From assembly GCA_963711565.1 (NCBI GenBank), contig CAVQEQ010000003.1:928001-992000 (forward strand): a stretch of DNA of 64,000 nucleotides. The letters are read 5' to 3'. A program made the translations under genes and the position numbers. The stretch comes from an uncultured delta proteobacterium. Lineage in GTDB: Bacteria > Desulfobacterota > Binatia > Binatales > Binataceae. Each line of letters opens with the position of its first letter. The stretch's first letter is position 1. Under the pieces are notes generated by a model. That model worked only from the letters and a program-made list of their open reading frames with translations. It ran no database searches and was not told the DNA's origin. Positions 20,791 to 31,837 of this stretch are shown here, one piece after another.

Positions 20791-23363
20791 TTCCCGCGGG
20801 CATCCCGCACGATCTGACGTTCGCGCATTGCGAGGTGCTGTACCTGCTCGCGCTCCCCGCGCTCGTTCTGCTCTGGGGTCTTTTCAACGCACGCGAACTT
20901 CGCCGCGCGTTTGCGCCGCTGATACGGGCGATAGTGCTCGCGCTATTCGTCGTCGCGCTGGCAAATCCGCAGCAGGTGATGCATTCCGAGGGCGCGGCGC
21001 GGCCCGCGATCGTCGATGCCAGCGCGAGTATCACACCCGCCATGCGCGCGTGGACGCTGAAGCTGCTGCGCGACGACCTCGGTCTGCGCGCGGGAGATCC
21101 CGCTTACGTGTTCGCCGGCGACGTGGCGCCACAATCGATCGGCGGCGTCGAATCGGCGTTCGCCAACGGCGCCGGATGCGCCGAATGCAAGCCCGACGCG
21201 ACCAACCTTGAAGCCGCGCTCTACCGGATCGCCGCCGATCCCGACGCACACGGCGGCCCGGCCGTGATGGTGACCGACGGCTGGCAGAATCGCGGCGACG
21301 CCGAGCGCGCCACCAGCGCAATCGTTAACGCGGAGATTCGCCTAGACATCTTTACGCCCCCCGGCGCCCGCTCGATTCCCAATGTTGCGATGACGGCGCT
21401 CTCGCTGCCGCCCGCGCTCGAGAAAGCCGCGCCGTTCCAGCTCGGCGTCACGATGGAAAATCTCAACGACGCGCCCGTGACCGGCTCGATCGCAATCGAG
21501 CGCGACGGCGCCCTGATCGACGAGCGCAAGGTCACGCTGGCGCGCGGCTCGCAGCGCTTCGACTTCCCGGTCCGCACTGAAACCGCCGGCCTCGCTTCGT
21601 ACTCCGCAACCTACAAGCCCGACAATCCCGCCTTCGACGCGTACCGCGAAGACGACTCGCTCAAGGGATGGGTTGGAGTGGGCGCGCGCCGCAAAGTTCT
21701 GATTCTCACCGACAGCGCGAAGGACGCGGATTACCTCGGCACGGTCGTCAATCGGATGGGACTCGAACCGACCGTCGTGCCCGTCACCGGCGGGAGTTGG
21801 GACGGCCCCGTCGCCGGCTACGACGCGGTGCTGATCAACAATGTGCCGAGCGAACGTATCGCGCCGGCCGCGCAGGCTGCGATGGCGGCGTACGTGGCCC
21901 GCGGCGGCTCGCTCGCGATGATCGGCGGCGATACGAGTTTCGGTCTTGGCGGTTATATCGACAGTCCGCTCGAGCAAGTAATGCCGGTGACGATGAAACC
22001 GCCCCAGCACAAGGAAAAGAAGCGCGCGCTAATTCTGATTATCGACAAATCGGGGTCGATGGGCCGCGACGAGAAACTCACTTACGCCAAGGCCGCCGCC
22101 GAGACGGTCACCCAAAATCTCAAGGACAACGACCTGATCGGCGTTATCGGATTCGACTCGCAGCCGTTCGTCGTCATCCCGTTGCAATCGGTCGGACAGA
22201 GCCGCGCGTATTTCAATCAGATGATCGACCGGCTCTCGGCGCACGGCCAGACGTTCCTGATTCCCGCGCTGCGCGAGGCCGAACGCACACTCGGCAACAA
22301 CGGCGCACAGGTCAAGCACGTCGTAATCCTCACCGACGGCGAAACCGGCGGCACCGCCGAGATGTACTACGACCTCGTGTCGCGGATGCATCATGATGGC
22401 GACACGACGATCTCGGCGATCGCGGTCGGCACCGAAGCTAACGTCGATTTGCTGCAGGCGATCGCGAAGTACGGCGGCGGTTCCTACTATCAGACCGACA
22501 GTGCGAGCAATCTGCCGCAGCTCTTCGTCGAGGATTTTAAGGCGCATGGCGGCGAACTCACGATGGTGGAAAAAGAATTCACCCCGCGCACAGCAGATCC
22601 TGACCCGATTCTGAAGGACCTCGCATCGCGCCAGATGCCGCCGCTCAAGGGCTACGTCTCGACCGAGATCAAACCGCGCGCCACGATGGACATGTACGTC
22701 GATCGCAGCGACACGCGCGAGCCCGTAATCGCGAGTTGGAAATACGGCGCTGGCAAGGTGATGGCGGTGACGACGGACGCGAGCGGGCGCTGGTCCGGCC
22801 CGTGGGTCACTACAAATATTTTCGCGCCGTTGTGGGATCGGCTGCTTACCTGGATGACGCCGGAAATACCGACCGAACCGAAGATCAACGTCGCACTCGG
22901 CTACAACGCGGGCCGCATCAATATCAAGCTAACCGACTACAGCGCCGAGCCCGGCGCCGCGGCGCGGCTCGTCACGGTGCTCGTAACGCGGCCCGACGGA
23001 ACTCGCACTGAGACCGCGCTCACCGAGGAAGTTGTGGGCGAACTGTCGGGATCGGTTAACGCGCCCGCGCCGGGCAATTACTACTTCGAGGTGCGCTCGC
23101 CCGCCGGCAAGGACAAGAAATTCCCGCCGCTCGCCTTCACCGTCAGCCCGAGTGTCAACGCTGAATTGCCGCGCCCCGAGCCGAACTACGCCCTGCTCGA
23201 AACGCTGGCATCCGCAACCGGCGGGCGTCTCAATCCGTCGCCGGCTGAAGTCTCAACCGAGCGCGCGACGCTCGAGCGCCGGGTCTCGATGAATCCGTAC
23301 CTACTCGTCGCCGCGATGATTCTGCTGATCGGAGAAGCACTCGTCCGCCGCCTGACGGCATGA
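20787..23363 (+). CDS. VWA domain-containing membrane protein with glutamine-amidotransferase-like middle domain
   Basis: VDASAS, VTDG, GGDTSFGLGGY, IIDKSGSM MIDAS motif, ILTDGE, KYGAGKVMAVTTD, C-terminal TM helix. Confidence 0.88.
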   Translation: MIPAGIPHDLTFAHCEVLYLLALPALVLLWGLFNARELRRAFAPLIRAIVLALFVVALANPQQVMHSEGAARPAIVDASASITPAMRAWTLKLLRDDLGLRAGDPAYVFAGDVAPQSIGGVESAFANGAGCAECKPDATNLEAALYRIAADPDAHGGPAVMVTDGWQNRGDAERATSAIVNAEIRLDIFTPPGARSIPNVAMTALSLPPALEKAAPFQLGVTMENLNDAPVTGSIAIERDGALIDERKVTLARGSQRFDFPVRTETAGLASYSATYKPDNPAFDAYREDDSLKGWVGVGARRKVLILTDSAKDADYLGTVVNRMGLEPTVVPVTGGSWDGPVAGYDAVLINNVPSERIAPAAQAAMAAYVARGGSLAMIGGDTSFGLGGYIDSPLEQVMPVTMKPPQHKEKKRALILIIDKSGSMGRDEKLTYAKAAAETVTQNLKDNDLIGVIGFDSQPFVVIPLQSVGQSRAYFNQMIDRLSAHGQTFLIPALREAERTLGNNGAQVKHVVILTDGETGGTAEMYYDLVSRMHHDGDTTISAIAVGTEANVDLLQAIAKYGGGSYYQTDSASNLPQLFVEDFKAHGGELTMVEKEFTPRTADPDPILKDLASRQMPPLKGYVSTEIKPRATMDMYVDRSDTREPVIASWKYGAGKVMAVTTDASGRWSGPWVTTNIFAPLWDRLLTWMTPEIPTEPKINVALGYNAGRINIKLTDYSAEPGAAARLVTVLVTRPDGTRTETALTEEVVGELSGSVNAPAPGNYYFEVRSPAGKDKKFPPLAFTVSPSVNAELPRPEPNYALLETLASATGGRLNPSPAEVSTERATLERRVSMNPYLLVAAMILLIGEALVRRLTA

Positions 23364-23923
23364 AGAAACACGACCCCATCCACGCGAACCATCGCGTGCA
23401 GCGCGACTATCCCGCCAAGGCGAAACTCTGTCCGCTGTGCGGCGCCGCAATGGAGTCGCGCCTGCTGATGCCCGAAAACGCCGCGCGCAAAGTCTGCACG
23501 CGATGCGGCTTCGTGCTGTTCCCGGGACCCAAGCTGGTCGCCGGATGCTTCGTGATCGACACGGAGCGCGTGCTGTTGATCCGCCGCGGCATCGAGCCCG
23601 CCGTCGGCAAATGGACGTTTCCCGGCGGCTACGTCGATTTCGGCGAGAACGCCGCCGATGCCGCGCTTCGCGAAACGCACGAGGAAGTGGGGATGCGCGT
23701 CGCACTCGGCCCTTTGCTCGGAGTGTTCAACGACGCCGCGATCACCGTCGTCGTCTATCTCGCCACGCCCGGCAAAGAACCGCCATCTCTCACCGTCGAA
23801 GCGACCGAAGTCCGCTACTTCGGGCCCTCCGATATCCCATGGCACGACCTAGCCTTCCCCACCACCACCGACGCAGTGACCGCCTGGGTCGCCCTCGTGC
23901 GAGGAAGTAATACAAGTAGCTGA
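23360..23923 (+). CDS. NUDIX hydrolase with N-terminal zinc ribbon
   Basis: CPLCG...CTRCG; Nudix box GGYVDFGENAADAALRETHEEVG. Confidence 0.92.
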   Translation: MKKHDPIHANHRVQRDYPAKAKLCPLCGAAMESRLLMPENAARKVCTRCGFVLFPGPKLVAGCFVIDTERVLLIRRGIEPAVGKWTFPGGYVDFGENAADAALRETHEEVGMRVALGPLLGVFNDAAITVVVYLATPGKEPPSLTVEATEVRYFGPSDIPWHDLAFPTTTDAVTAWVALVRGSNTSS

Positions 23924-24017
23924 ACGGGTCGGCGAAAAATCCAACGATTTCGCTGTTGCCGCCGGTGGCATGGTCAAAAATCATGCTTAGGTTTATGTTC
24001 GGTTCGGTTTGGCGAAA

Positions 24018-24635
24018 ATGAACAAGCGACACAAGCATCCTCAGGACGGAAATCCCGGCATGGATGGTGAGTTCGATCCGGCAAACGCCGGTTCCGAATC
24101 TGAGCAGGGCGGCGATTTAGAGGCACAGCTCGCCGAGAAAGACAAAGAAATCGCTGAGCTGAAGGACAAGTATCTTCGCACGCTCGCCGACTCTGAGAAT
24201 GCGCGCAAGCGAATCCGCCAGCAGAGCGACGAATCCGTGCGCATCCAGCGCGAGGCGATTCTCCGCGACCTGCTGCCGATCATCGACAACCTCGAGCGTG
24301 CGCTCGCGGCCGCTCGCAGCGGCACAGACGCCAGGACGATCGTCGATGGCGTCGAGATGACGGTGCGGGCGCTGATCGATTTCCTGCGGGCGCAGGGCGT
24401 CACGCCGCTGCAGTCGGTGGGGCAAGCCTTCGACCCCAATCGGCATGAGGCGGTCGATCACGTGGCGTCCGAGGTGCATCCACCGAACACGGTCATCGAT
24501 GAATTCCATCGCGGCTATCTGATTGGTGATCGCACGTTGCGGCAGGCGCGAGTCTCGGTCGCGAAGGGAAACGGGACCGATTCCGGAAAGCGAAACGGAG
24601 GCGAAACCGATGCTTCCGACGTTGAAAATAACTGA
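24018..24635 (+). CDS. grpE: Nucleotide exchange factor GrpE
   Basis: YLRTLADSENARKR, LLPIIDNLERAL, FDPNRHEAV, GYLIGDRTLR; lies upstream of dnaK. Confidence 0.95.
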   Translation: MNKRHKHPQDGNPGMDGEFDPANAGSESEQGGDLEAQLAEKDKEIAELKDKYLRTLADSENARKRIRQQSDESVRIQREAILRDLLPIIDNLERALAAARSGTDARTIVDGVEMTVRALIDFLRAQGVTPLQSVGQAFDPNRHEAVDHVASEVHPPNTVIDEFHRGYLIGDRTLRQARVSVAKGNGTDSGKRNGGETDASDVENN

Positions 24636-24684
24636 AGCGTGATTATCTCTATCTTAAGTTCTATATCAGGGGACCTTTAGGAAA

Positions 24685-26616
24685 ATGGCAAAAGTTATCG
24701 GTATCGACTTGGGCACGACGAACAGTTGCGTCGCGATCATGGAGGGTGGCGACCCCGTAGTTATCGCCAACTCCGAGGGCAGCCGCACGACGCCATCGGT
24801 CGTCGCATTCACGGAAGCGGGCGAGCGGCTCACTGGTCAGATAGCCAAGCGCCAGTCGATCACCAATCCAACCAACACAGTTTTTGCGATCAAGCGCCTG
24901 ATGGGCCGGCGTTTCGATGACGCCGAGGTTCAGAAGGCGATAAAGGTGCTGCCGTACAAGGTCGTGAAGAACGACGACGGCGCGGCATGGGTCGAAATCC
25001 GCGGCAAGAAATACAGCCCGCCGGAGATTTCGGCGTTCATCCTGCAGAAGATGAAGCAGACGGCCGAAGACTATCTCGGCGAGAAGGTCACCGAGGCCGT
25101 TATCACCGTGCCCGCGTACTTCAACGACAGCCAGCGCCAGGCCACCAAGGACGCCGGCCGTATCGCTGGACTCAACGTGCTGCGAATCATCAATGAGCCG
25201 ACGGCGGCGTCGCTGGCGTACGGTCTCGACAAGAAGAAGGACGAAAAGATCGCCGTGTTCGATCTCGGCGGCGGCACGTTCGACATTTCGATTCTCGAAC
25301 TGGGCGAAGGCGTCTTCGAGGTCAAGGCGACCAACGGCGACACCTTCCTGGGCGGCGAGGATTTCGATCAGCGCGTCATCGACTACCTGGCCGACGAGTT
25401 CCGCAAGGACCAGGGGATCGATCTGCGCAAGGATCGCATGGCGCTGCAGCGGCTGAAGGAGGCCGCCGAGAAAGCCAAGACGGAACTGTCCACCGTGACA
25501 GAGACCGACATCAACCTGCCCTTCATCACTGCGGATCAGTCCGGACCCAAGCATCTCAATATCAAGCTGACCCGTGCGAAGCTCGAGGCGCTGTGTGCCG
25601 ACCTGCTCGACCGGCTCGATGCGCCGTGCGTGACTGCGCTGCGCGATGCCGGCCTCAAGGCCAGCGACATCAACGAGATCGTGCTGGTCGGCGGCATGAC
25701 GCGCATGCCTGCGGTGCAGGAGCGCGTGAAGCGCCTGTTCGGCAAGGAAGGACACAAGGGCGTCAACCCGGATGAAGTCGTCGCGATCGGCGCCGCAATC
25801 CAGGCGGGCGTGCTCAAGGGCGAAGTCAAAGACGTGCTGCTGCTGGACGTGACTCCGCTGTCGCTCGGAATCGAAACGCTGGGCGGCGTGTTCACCAAGC
25901 TAATCGACAAGAACACGACGATTCCCACACGCAAGAGCCAGACCTTCTCGACCGCGCAGGACAATCAGACGGCGGTCACGATTCGCGTGTTTCAGGGCGA
26001 GCGCGAGATGGCGTCGGACAACAAGCTGCTCGGCCAGTTCGACTTGATCGGAATTCCACCGGCTCCGCGCGGGATGCCGCAGGTCGAGGTCACGTTCGAC
26101 ATCGACGCGAACGGAATCGTGAACGTGCATGCCAAGGACCTCGGCACCAACAAGGAGCAGTCGATCAAGATCACCGCGTCGTCGGGGCTCAACGAGGAAG
26201 AGATCAAGAAGATGGTGCGCGAGGCCGAGGCGCATGCCGCGGACGACCATGCTCGCCGTCAGCAAGCCGAGGCGCGCAACAAACTCGACAACCTGATCTA
26301 TACGACCGAGAAGACGCTCAAGGATCACGGCGCCGAAGTTGACGACGCGGGACGCAAAGCGGTCGAGGACGCGCTCGCCGACGCGAGGACCAAGCTCGAG
26401 TCCAAGGACGCCGACGAGATCAATCGCGCGGCCGAGGCGCTACAGAACGCGTCGCACAAGCTGGCCGAGGCGATGTACAGCAAGACCAAGGCTGGCGCGG
26501 GACCGCAAGCGGCCGCTGGTCCACAGGATGGCGCCGGCGGCCAGAGCGGCAATGGCGAAAGCGGCGCGAAAGAAGACGTCGTCGATGCGGACTACAAGGA
26601 AGTCAAAGATCAATAG
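24685..26616 (+). CDS. dnaK: Chaperone DnaK (Hsp70)
   Basis: [35 protein letters not shown]. Confidence 0.99.
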   Translation: MAKVIGIDLGTTNSCVAIMEGGDPVVIANSEGSRTTPSVVAFTEAGERLTGQIAKRQSITNPTNTVFAIKRLMGRRFDDAEVQKAIKVLPYKVVKNDDGAAWVEIRGKKYSPPEISAFILQKMKQTAEDYLGEKVTEAVITVPAYFNDSQRQATKDAGRIAGLNVLRIINEPTAASLAYGLDKKKDEKIAVFDLGGGTFDISILELGEGVFEVKATNGDTFLGGEDFDQRVIDYLADEFRKDQGIDLRKDRMALQRLKEAAEKAKTELSTVTETDINLPFITADQSGPKHLNIKLTRAKLEALCADLLDRLDAPCVTALRDAGLKASDINEIVLVGGMTRMPAVQERVKRLFGKEGHKGVNPDEVVAIGAAIQAGVLKGEVKDVLLLDVTPLSLGIETLGGVFTKLIDKNTTIPTRKSQTFSTAQDNQTAVTIRVFQGEREMASDNKLLGQFDLIGIPPAPRGMPQVEVTFDIDANGIVNVHAKDLGTNKEQSIKITASSGLNEEEIKKMVREAEAHAADDHARRQQAEARNKLDNLIYTTEKTLKDHGAEVDDAGRKAVEDALADARTKLESKDADEINRAAEALQNASHKLAEAMYSKTKAGAGPQAAAGPQDGAGGQSGNGESGAKEDVVDADYKEVKDQ

Positions 26617-26624
26617 TCACCGAT

Positions 26625-26647
26625 GGGGCCGCGCAAGCGGCCCCTTT
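26625..26647 (+). terminator. Intrinsic terminator-like hairpin between dnaK and dnaJ
   Basis: GGGGCCGC-GCAA-GCGGCCCC followed by TTT. Confidence 0.65.
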
Positions 26648-26701
26648 CACTTGGCACCTGCAATGGCGTCGCCACCGATGTTCGCATAGAATCTTTGCGC
26701 G

Positions 26702-27838
26702 ATGCCGACAGCCCAAAAACGCGATTACTACGAAGTCCTCGGCGTCAATCGTGGCGCCGGTGAAGTCGAGCTGAAGAAAGCCTACCGCAGTCTCGCCATC
26801 CAGTTTCATCCCGATCGTAATCCCGGCAACAAAGACGCCGAGGAACGTTTCAAGGAACTCAACGAGGCCTACCAGGTCCTCTCCGATCCCGAACGGCGCA
26901 CGCAGTATGACCGCTTCGGTCACGCCGCCTTCCAGGGACCGCAAGGCGGTCCGGGTGGATTCGGCGGCTTCGACTTCAGCCAGGGCTTCGAGGAAGTTTT
27001 CTCAGACATTTTTGGCGATTTCTTCGGCACGGGCCGCGGACGCTCGCGCTCGCGCACCCGGCGCGGCGACGACCTGCGCTACGATCTCGAAATCGAATTC
27101 GAGGAAGCGGCGCGCGGGATTGAAAAAGTCGTAAAGTTCCAGCGCCTCACGCAATGCGAAGCCTGCAACGGTACCCGCGCACGCGGCGGCTCCAGCGGCG
27201 CACGCCAATGCCCCAATTGTCGCGGCAGCGGCCAGGTGCGCACGCAGCAGGGATTCTTCTCGATATCGACGACCTGCGGACAATGTCGCGGCGAAGGCAT
27301 GATCATTTCCGACCCGTGTCCCAAGTGCCAGGGACAGGGACGAATCCGCAAAGCCGAATCACTCTCAGTCAAAATCCCGCCCGGCGTGGACAACGGCTCG
27401 CGGCTTAAGCTGCGCGGCGAGGGCGAGGCCGGCTACGGCGGCGGACCGCAAGGCGATCTCTACGTCGTCATCCACGTCAAGGAGCACGAGATGTTCGTGC
27501 GCCAGGACAACGACGTGATTATCGAGGCGCCGATCAGCTTCCCGCAGGCGGCGGTCGGCACCGAGATCGAAGTGCCGACGCTCGAAGGCAAAGTTAAACT
27601 CAAGATTCCATCGGGCACGCAATCGGGAAAAATCCTGCGGCTGAAGGGCAAGGGCATCGTCGATCTTCACGGCTACGGACGCGGCGATCAGCTGATCAAG
27701 GTGATCGTCGAGACGCCGCGCAGCCTGACCGCGCGCCAGCGCGAGCTGCTCGAGGAATTCGCCAAGCTCGACGGCAAGGCCGTCAACCATCCGCTCTCCA
27801 AGGGCTTCGTGGACAAGCTCAAGGAGATGTTCGGCTAG
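26702..27838 (+). CDS. dnaJ: Chaperone DnaJ
   Basis: J domain with HPD, G/F-rich region, four CxxCxGxG-type repeats. Confidence 0.99.
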   Translation: MPTAQKRDYYEVLGVNRGAGEVELKKAYRSLAIQFHPDRNPGNKDAEERFKELNEAYQVLSDPERRTQYDRFGHAAFQGPQGGPGGFGGFDFSQGFEEVFSDIFGDFFGTGRGRSRSRTRRGDDLRYDLEIEFEEAARGIEKVVKFQRLTQCEACNGTRARGGSSGARQCPNCRGSGQVRTQQGFFSISTTCGQCRGEGMIISDPCPKCQGQGRIRKAESLSVKIPPGVDNGSRLKLRGEGEAGYGGGPQGDLYVVIHVKEHEMFVRQDNDVIIEAPISFPQAAVGTEIEVPTLEGKVKLKIPSGTQSGKILRLKGKGIVDLHGYGRGDQLIKVIVETPRSLTARQRELLEEFAKLDGKAVNHPLSKGFVDKLKEMFG

Positions 27839-27878
27839 CCTGCGTGCCAAGCGCCACCAGGCGAAGGAGCGTAACGCT

Positions 27879-28088
27879 ATGGCCTGCAACTCGTGCGAAA
27901 GCAGCGGAAGATTCCGGGCTAGCTATTGTGATGACTGCGAGCGCTGGACCTTCCACGTCGATAAGCGCGACCTCCTTATCGCGGCGGGCTTAATGGTGGT
28001 TGGCGCGGTGGTGCTCCTTCAGCCAGAGCTTATCGTTGCGCCCGCCGGCATCATGTTCGCGAAGCGCGTAGTCGGCGCGCTCGTGTAG
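27879..28088 (+). CDS. Small hypothetical protein with two CxxC motifs and a TM helix
   Basis: AAGGAG RBS; CNSC-x10-CDDC followed by a hydrophobic helix. Confidence 0.6.
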   Translation: MACNSCESSGRFRASYCDDCERWTFHVDKRDLLIAAGLMVVGAVVLLQPELIVAPAGIMFAKRVVGALV

Positions 28089-28102
28089 TCAATTCCGCGC
28101 GC

Positions 28103-28513
28103 TCAGCGCGGGACGTGCACCAGTTCCAGCTTCAGGCCGTCGGGGTCGGTGAAAAACACCGAGTAGTATCCCGGCAGGTAGTCGTACTCCCTCGGCGGGT
28201 CGGTGACCTTGCCGCCGTTGGACGAGATTTTTGCAGCCAGCTCGTCGATCTGCTGGCGGCTCTCTGCCGCAAACGCAATCTCGCACAGGCCGACTCGATG
28301 GCGATGGAACTTGTCGGCGCGAAATTCCGGATCGGACGGCCGAACCCAGAGCGAGCCATGGTCGCCGAAATAGCCCGTCGTGACGTCGGTATCCGCCTGA
28401 TCGTAGGACATCGCCTTCGGATAGCCGATCTGCGGCATCAGCCACGAGTAGAACTTTTTCGCCGCCGCGTAGTCGTTGACGTTGACGATTATATGATCGA
28501 CTCCAGCGCGCAT
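28103..28513 (-). CDS. VOC/glyoxalase family protein
   Basis: VDHIIVNV...FY, YYSVFFTDPDGLKLELV. Confidence 0.9.
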   Translation of the reverse strand: MRAGVDHIIVNVNDYAAAKKFYSWLMPQIGYPKAMSYDQADTDVTTGYFGDHGSLWVRPSDPEFRADKFHRHRVGLCEIAFAAESRQQIDELAAKISSNGGKVTDPPREYDYLPGYYSVFFTDPDGLKLELVHVPR

Positions 28514-28548
28514 CAGGACACCTCCCACCAACTAACTCGGTGTGTGTA

Positions 28549-29415
28549 CTAGACTTGTAACCGGCCGAGCGCGTTGAGCAAAGCCGCGCGCATCACTCCG
28601 GCCGGTGGCGCTACACGATTGAACAGCTTGAATGCGAGCTCGCCCTGGTTGACCAGCATCCCGGCACCGTCCGTCGCACGCCGGCCGGCGGCGAGTGCGG
28701 GCTTGATGAACTCGGTCGGTTCACGCGAATAAATCAGATCGTAGAACAAGCAATCGGTAGGAGTTGAATTGTAATCGAGACGCGCGAAGCGCCCCGTCGT
28801 CAGGCCCATCGAGGTCGCGTTGACGATCAATCGCGCGTCTGCCAGCAACTCCATATCTACCAGCGCGTCCAATCCGCGAGGCTCGCCTGCCGCGCGCGCC
28901 CCCCTGGCTGAGAAACGCCGCGCGAGCGCCACCGCGCGAGCAGGCGTGCGATTCGCGATCACGACCCGACTCGCGCCCAGCCGGATGCATGCGAGCACCG
29001 ACGACGCCGCGCCGCCGCCCGCGCCGATTACAATCGCGAGTCGCCCGCGCAACTCGCATCCAAGATCGCGCAGGTCGCGCTCGAGCCCACGCGCATCAGT
29101 GTTGTCGCCGCGCAGCACGCCGCGCCGATTTACGACGCAGTTGACCGCGCCGAGCATGCGTGCCTCTCCGCTAAGGTCCTTGATGATCCGCGCCGCGGCT
29201 TGCTTGTGCGGTACGGTCAGGTTTACGCCGACGATTCCGAGCGCGTGCATCGCGCGAAGTGCGGGCCCGAGATTGCCGGCGGTCACACGAAACGCCGCAT
29301 ACGTTCGGCTCATGCCGAGCGCTGCGTAGGCGGCGTTGTGCATCGCGGGCGATTTGGAATGTTCTATCGGATCGCCGAAGATCGCCGCGACCGCGGTGTC
29401 GCTGGTGATAGGCAA
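28549..29415 (-). CDS. aroE: Shikimate dehydrogenase
   Basis: GDPIEHSKSPAMHN, NLTVPHK, GAVN, NTD, GAGGGA, NATSMG, DGAGMLVNQG. Confidence 0.95.
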   Translation of the reverse strand: MPITSDTAVAAIFGDPIEHSKSPAMHNAAYAALGMSRTYAAFRVTAGNLGPALRAMHALGIVGVNLTVPHKQAAARIIKDLSGEARMLGAVNCVVNRRGVLRGDNTDARGLERDLRDLGCELRGRLAIVIGAGGGAASSVLACIRLGASRVVIANRTPARAVALARRFSARGARAAGEPRGLDALVDMELLADARLIVNATSMGLTTGRFARLDYNSTPTDCLFYDLIYSREPTEFIKPALAAGRRATDGAGMLVNQGELAFKLFNRVAPPAGVMRAALLNALGRLQV

Positions 29416-29421
29416 GTGAAA

Positions 29422-29994
29422 TCAGCCGGCGACGGGATGAGCGGCGCGCTCGGCGCGCACCTCTTCGGCGGTGAACACCCAGCTATACTTCAGCCCCTCG
29501 CGCGCGAACGCGTCGGCCGCGCCCTCGCCGCGTTCCACCAATGTGATTGCGGCTATTACGTTCGCGCCGGCTTCACGCATCGCAGCCACAGCTTGCAGGC
29601 TCGATCCGCCGGTCGTGTTGGTGTCGTCGATCACTGCGGTCTTCAGCCCCGGCCTGAACGCGCCTTCGACCATTTGCTGCAGGCCGTGCTGCTTGGTTTC
29701 CTTGCGCACGAAAAACCCGCGAACATCGACGCCATTGCGATACGCCGCCGCCATCACCGCGTCGGTCACCGGCAACGCGCCGACCGCCATGCCGCCGAGT
29801 TGCTCGACGCCCGCCGCCTTCACCAGCTCGAGCACCAGTTCTCCGGCAAGATACGCGCCACGTGGCAGGTACAGCGTGCGTTTGCAATCGAGGTAGTAAT
29901 TGGACGTGCGCCCCGATGAGAGCGTGAGCTGACGCTCGAAGTACGACTCCCGGGCGAGCATCGCCAGCAGTTCGTGGCGTTCTTCGGATTTCAT
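29422..29994 (-). CDS. pyrE: Orotate phosphoribosyltransferase
   Basis: LSSGRTSNYYLD, FVRKETKQHG, VIDDTNTTGGS PRPP loop. Confidence 0.92.
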   Translation of the reverse strand: MKSEERHELLAMLARESYFERQLTLSSGRTSNYYLDCKRTLYLPRGAYLAGELVLELVKAAGVEQLGGMAVGALPVTDAVMAAAYRNGVDVRGFFVRKETKQHGLQQMVEGAFRPGLKTAVIDDTNTTGGSSLQAVAAMREAGANVIAAITLVERGEGAADAFAREGLKYSWVFTAEEVRAERAAHPVAG

Positions 29995-30177
29995 AGTTGG
30001 GTGATCTTAACGGATGCAGCGCGGGGCACAAGAGCGATATAATATTGGTCGCGGTGGTGATAGCGTCAAAGATGCCCGAAGGGAACAATGGACCGCGCGT
30101 TACGGTCCGCAGGGTACCAAAAGGAGAGGCAGCGATGTCGCCACGAGTTTCGCGACTCGGGCGCCACGCGATAATAA

Positions 30178-31245
30178 GTGATTAGCAACGATTCACCCCG
30201 TGTTATCGGAACCGGCACTGCGTTACCCGCCAACTACGTCGATCAGGAACAACTGACCTCGCGCCTGCGTGAGCTGTGGGAGCGGCGCTGGTCGGATCTA
30301 CGCCGTTTCGACAAGATCCAGGGCGCGCTCGGAATCACCGGGCGCCATCTCGCCCTGCCGATCGAGCAGTACATTCCGCTCGACACTTTCGCCAAAACCA
30401 ACGACGCGTGGATGCGCGTCGCACCCGAGGTCGGCACCGCGGCCGCTGAAATCGCGCTCGAACGCGCCGGCCTTAAGCCTCGCGACGTCGATCATCTGTT
30501 CTTCGTCACCGTCACCGGCATCGCCGTTCCGAGCATCGACACTCGCGTAATCAGCGCGCTCGGGATGCGCAAGGAGATCAAGCGCACGCCAATCTTCGGG
30601 CTGGGATGCGTCGCGGGAGCGGCCGGCACCGCTCGCGCCGCCGACTATATCCGCGCGTTCCCGTCGGAAGTCGCGATGCTGCTGTCGATCGAGTTGTGCT
30701 CGCTCACGCTGCAGCGCGAGGATCTTTCCATCGCCAACATCATCGCCTCGGGCCTTTTCGGCGATGGCGCTGCCGCGATGCTGATCGGCGGCAATGCCAA
30801 CGCGGAGTCCGGTCCGCAGGTAGTCGCGACACGCTCGCTGGTTTTTCCAAACACCGAAGAAATTCTCGGCTGGGAAATCGTCGACAGCGGCTTCAAAATC
30901 GTCCTGTCCTCGAAGCTCACCGAACTGGTCCGCGCCAACATCCTGGACGAGGTTGATTCGTTCCTCGCGACGCAAAAAATCGACCGCTCGGATATCCGCC
31001 ACTGGATCGCGCACGCCGGCGGCCCCAAGGTGCTCGAGACTCTCGAAGGCGCACTCGCTCTGCCTGAGGCCGCGCTGGCGCGCTCGTGGCGCTCGCTGCA
31101 ATCGGTCGGAAACCTGTCGTCGGCGTCCGTGATGTTCATCCTCGACGAATTACTCGAGGACAACGAAGCCGCTCCCGGCGACTACGGCCTCATCATCGGG
31201 ATGGGTCCCGGGTTCTCGGTCGAGCTGGTTCTGCTGAAGTGGTGA
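30178..31245 (+). CDS. Type III polyketide synthase (SrsA/BpsA-like)
   Basis: Cys-His-Asn triad in GLGCVAG, WIAHAGGPK and GNLSSAS; also LFGDGA and MGPGF. Confidence 0.93.
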   Translation: MISNDSPRVIGTGTALPANYVDQEQLTSRLRELWERRWSDLRRFDKIQGALGITGRHLALPIEQYIPLDTFAKTNDAWMRVAPEVGTAAAEIALERAGLKPRDVDHLFFVTVTGIAVPSIDTRVISALGMRKEIKRTPIFGLGCVAGAAGTARAADYIRAFPSEVAMLLSIELCSLTLQREDLSIANIIASGLFGDGAAAMLIGGNANAESGPQVVATRSLVFPNTEEILGWEIVDSGFKIVLSSKLTELVRANILDEVDSFLATQKIDRSDIRHWIAHAGGPKVLETLEGALALPEAALARSWRSLQSVGNLSSASVMFILDELLEDNEAAPGDYGLIIGMGPGFSVELVLLKW

Positions 31246-31255
31246 CCTCGGCGAA

Positions 31256-31828
31256 GTGGTAATCTCGCTCCGCACCTATCTGATCATCCTCGCGCTCCTC
31301 GTCGTCGAGCGCATCTTCGAGCTGGATCGCGCGCGCCGCAATGCGCGCCGGGCGTTCCAGCATGGCGCGGTCGAAGTCGGCCAGGTTCACTATCGCGTGA
31401 TGGTCGCACTTCACACGCTCTTCATCATTTCATGCGCCCTCGAGGCAGTATTCATCCCGCGCGCGTTTCCGCCGGTCGTGGCGTGGATCGCGCTGTCGGC
31501 TGAAGCGATCGCGCAAGCGCTTCGCTACTGGGCGGTCGCGACGCTCGGCGATCGATGGAATACGCGCATCATAGTGAGTCCTGACCGCACGCCCGCAACC
31601 AACGGCCCCTACCGCTTCATGCGTCATCCCAACTATCTGGCGGTGGTCATCGAGATCGCGGCGGTGCCGATGATCGGCGGCGCGATCTTCACCGCGATCA
31701 CATTCTCGATCGGCAACGCGCTGATTCTCGCCGTGCGAATACCGGCGGAGGAACGCGCGATGGGCGGGCGCTACGCCGACGCACTCGGCTCGCGCCGCCG
31801 TTTTCTCCCTGGCCTGCGACACGGCTAG
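31256..31828 (+). CDS. Isoprenylcysteine carboxyl methyltransferase family protein (SrsB/BpsB-like)
   Basis: LGDRWNTRI, GPYRFMRHPNY, RIPAEE; directly follows the type III PKS. Confidence 0.9.
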   Translation: MVISLRTYLIILALLVVERIFELDRARRNARRAFQHGAVEVGQVHYRVMVALHTLFIISCALEAVFIPRAFPPVVAWIALSAEAIAQALRYWAVATLGDRWNTRIIVSPDRTPATNGPYRFMRHPNYLAVVIEIAAVPMIGGAIFTAITFSIGNALILAVRIPAEERAMGGRYADALGSRRRFLPGLRHG

Positions 31829-31837
31829 GATGGTTCG

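Noticed and set aside
23924-24684. CIRCE or sigma-32 elements before grpE/dnaK
   Set aside because: No TTAGCACTC-N9-GAGTGCTAA; only a weak TTGAAA at 24622 without a convincing -10
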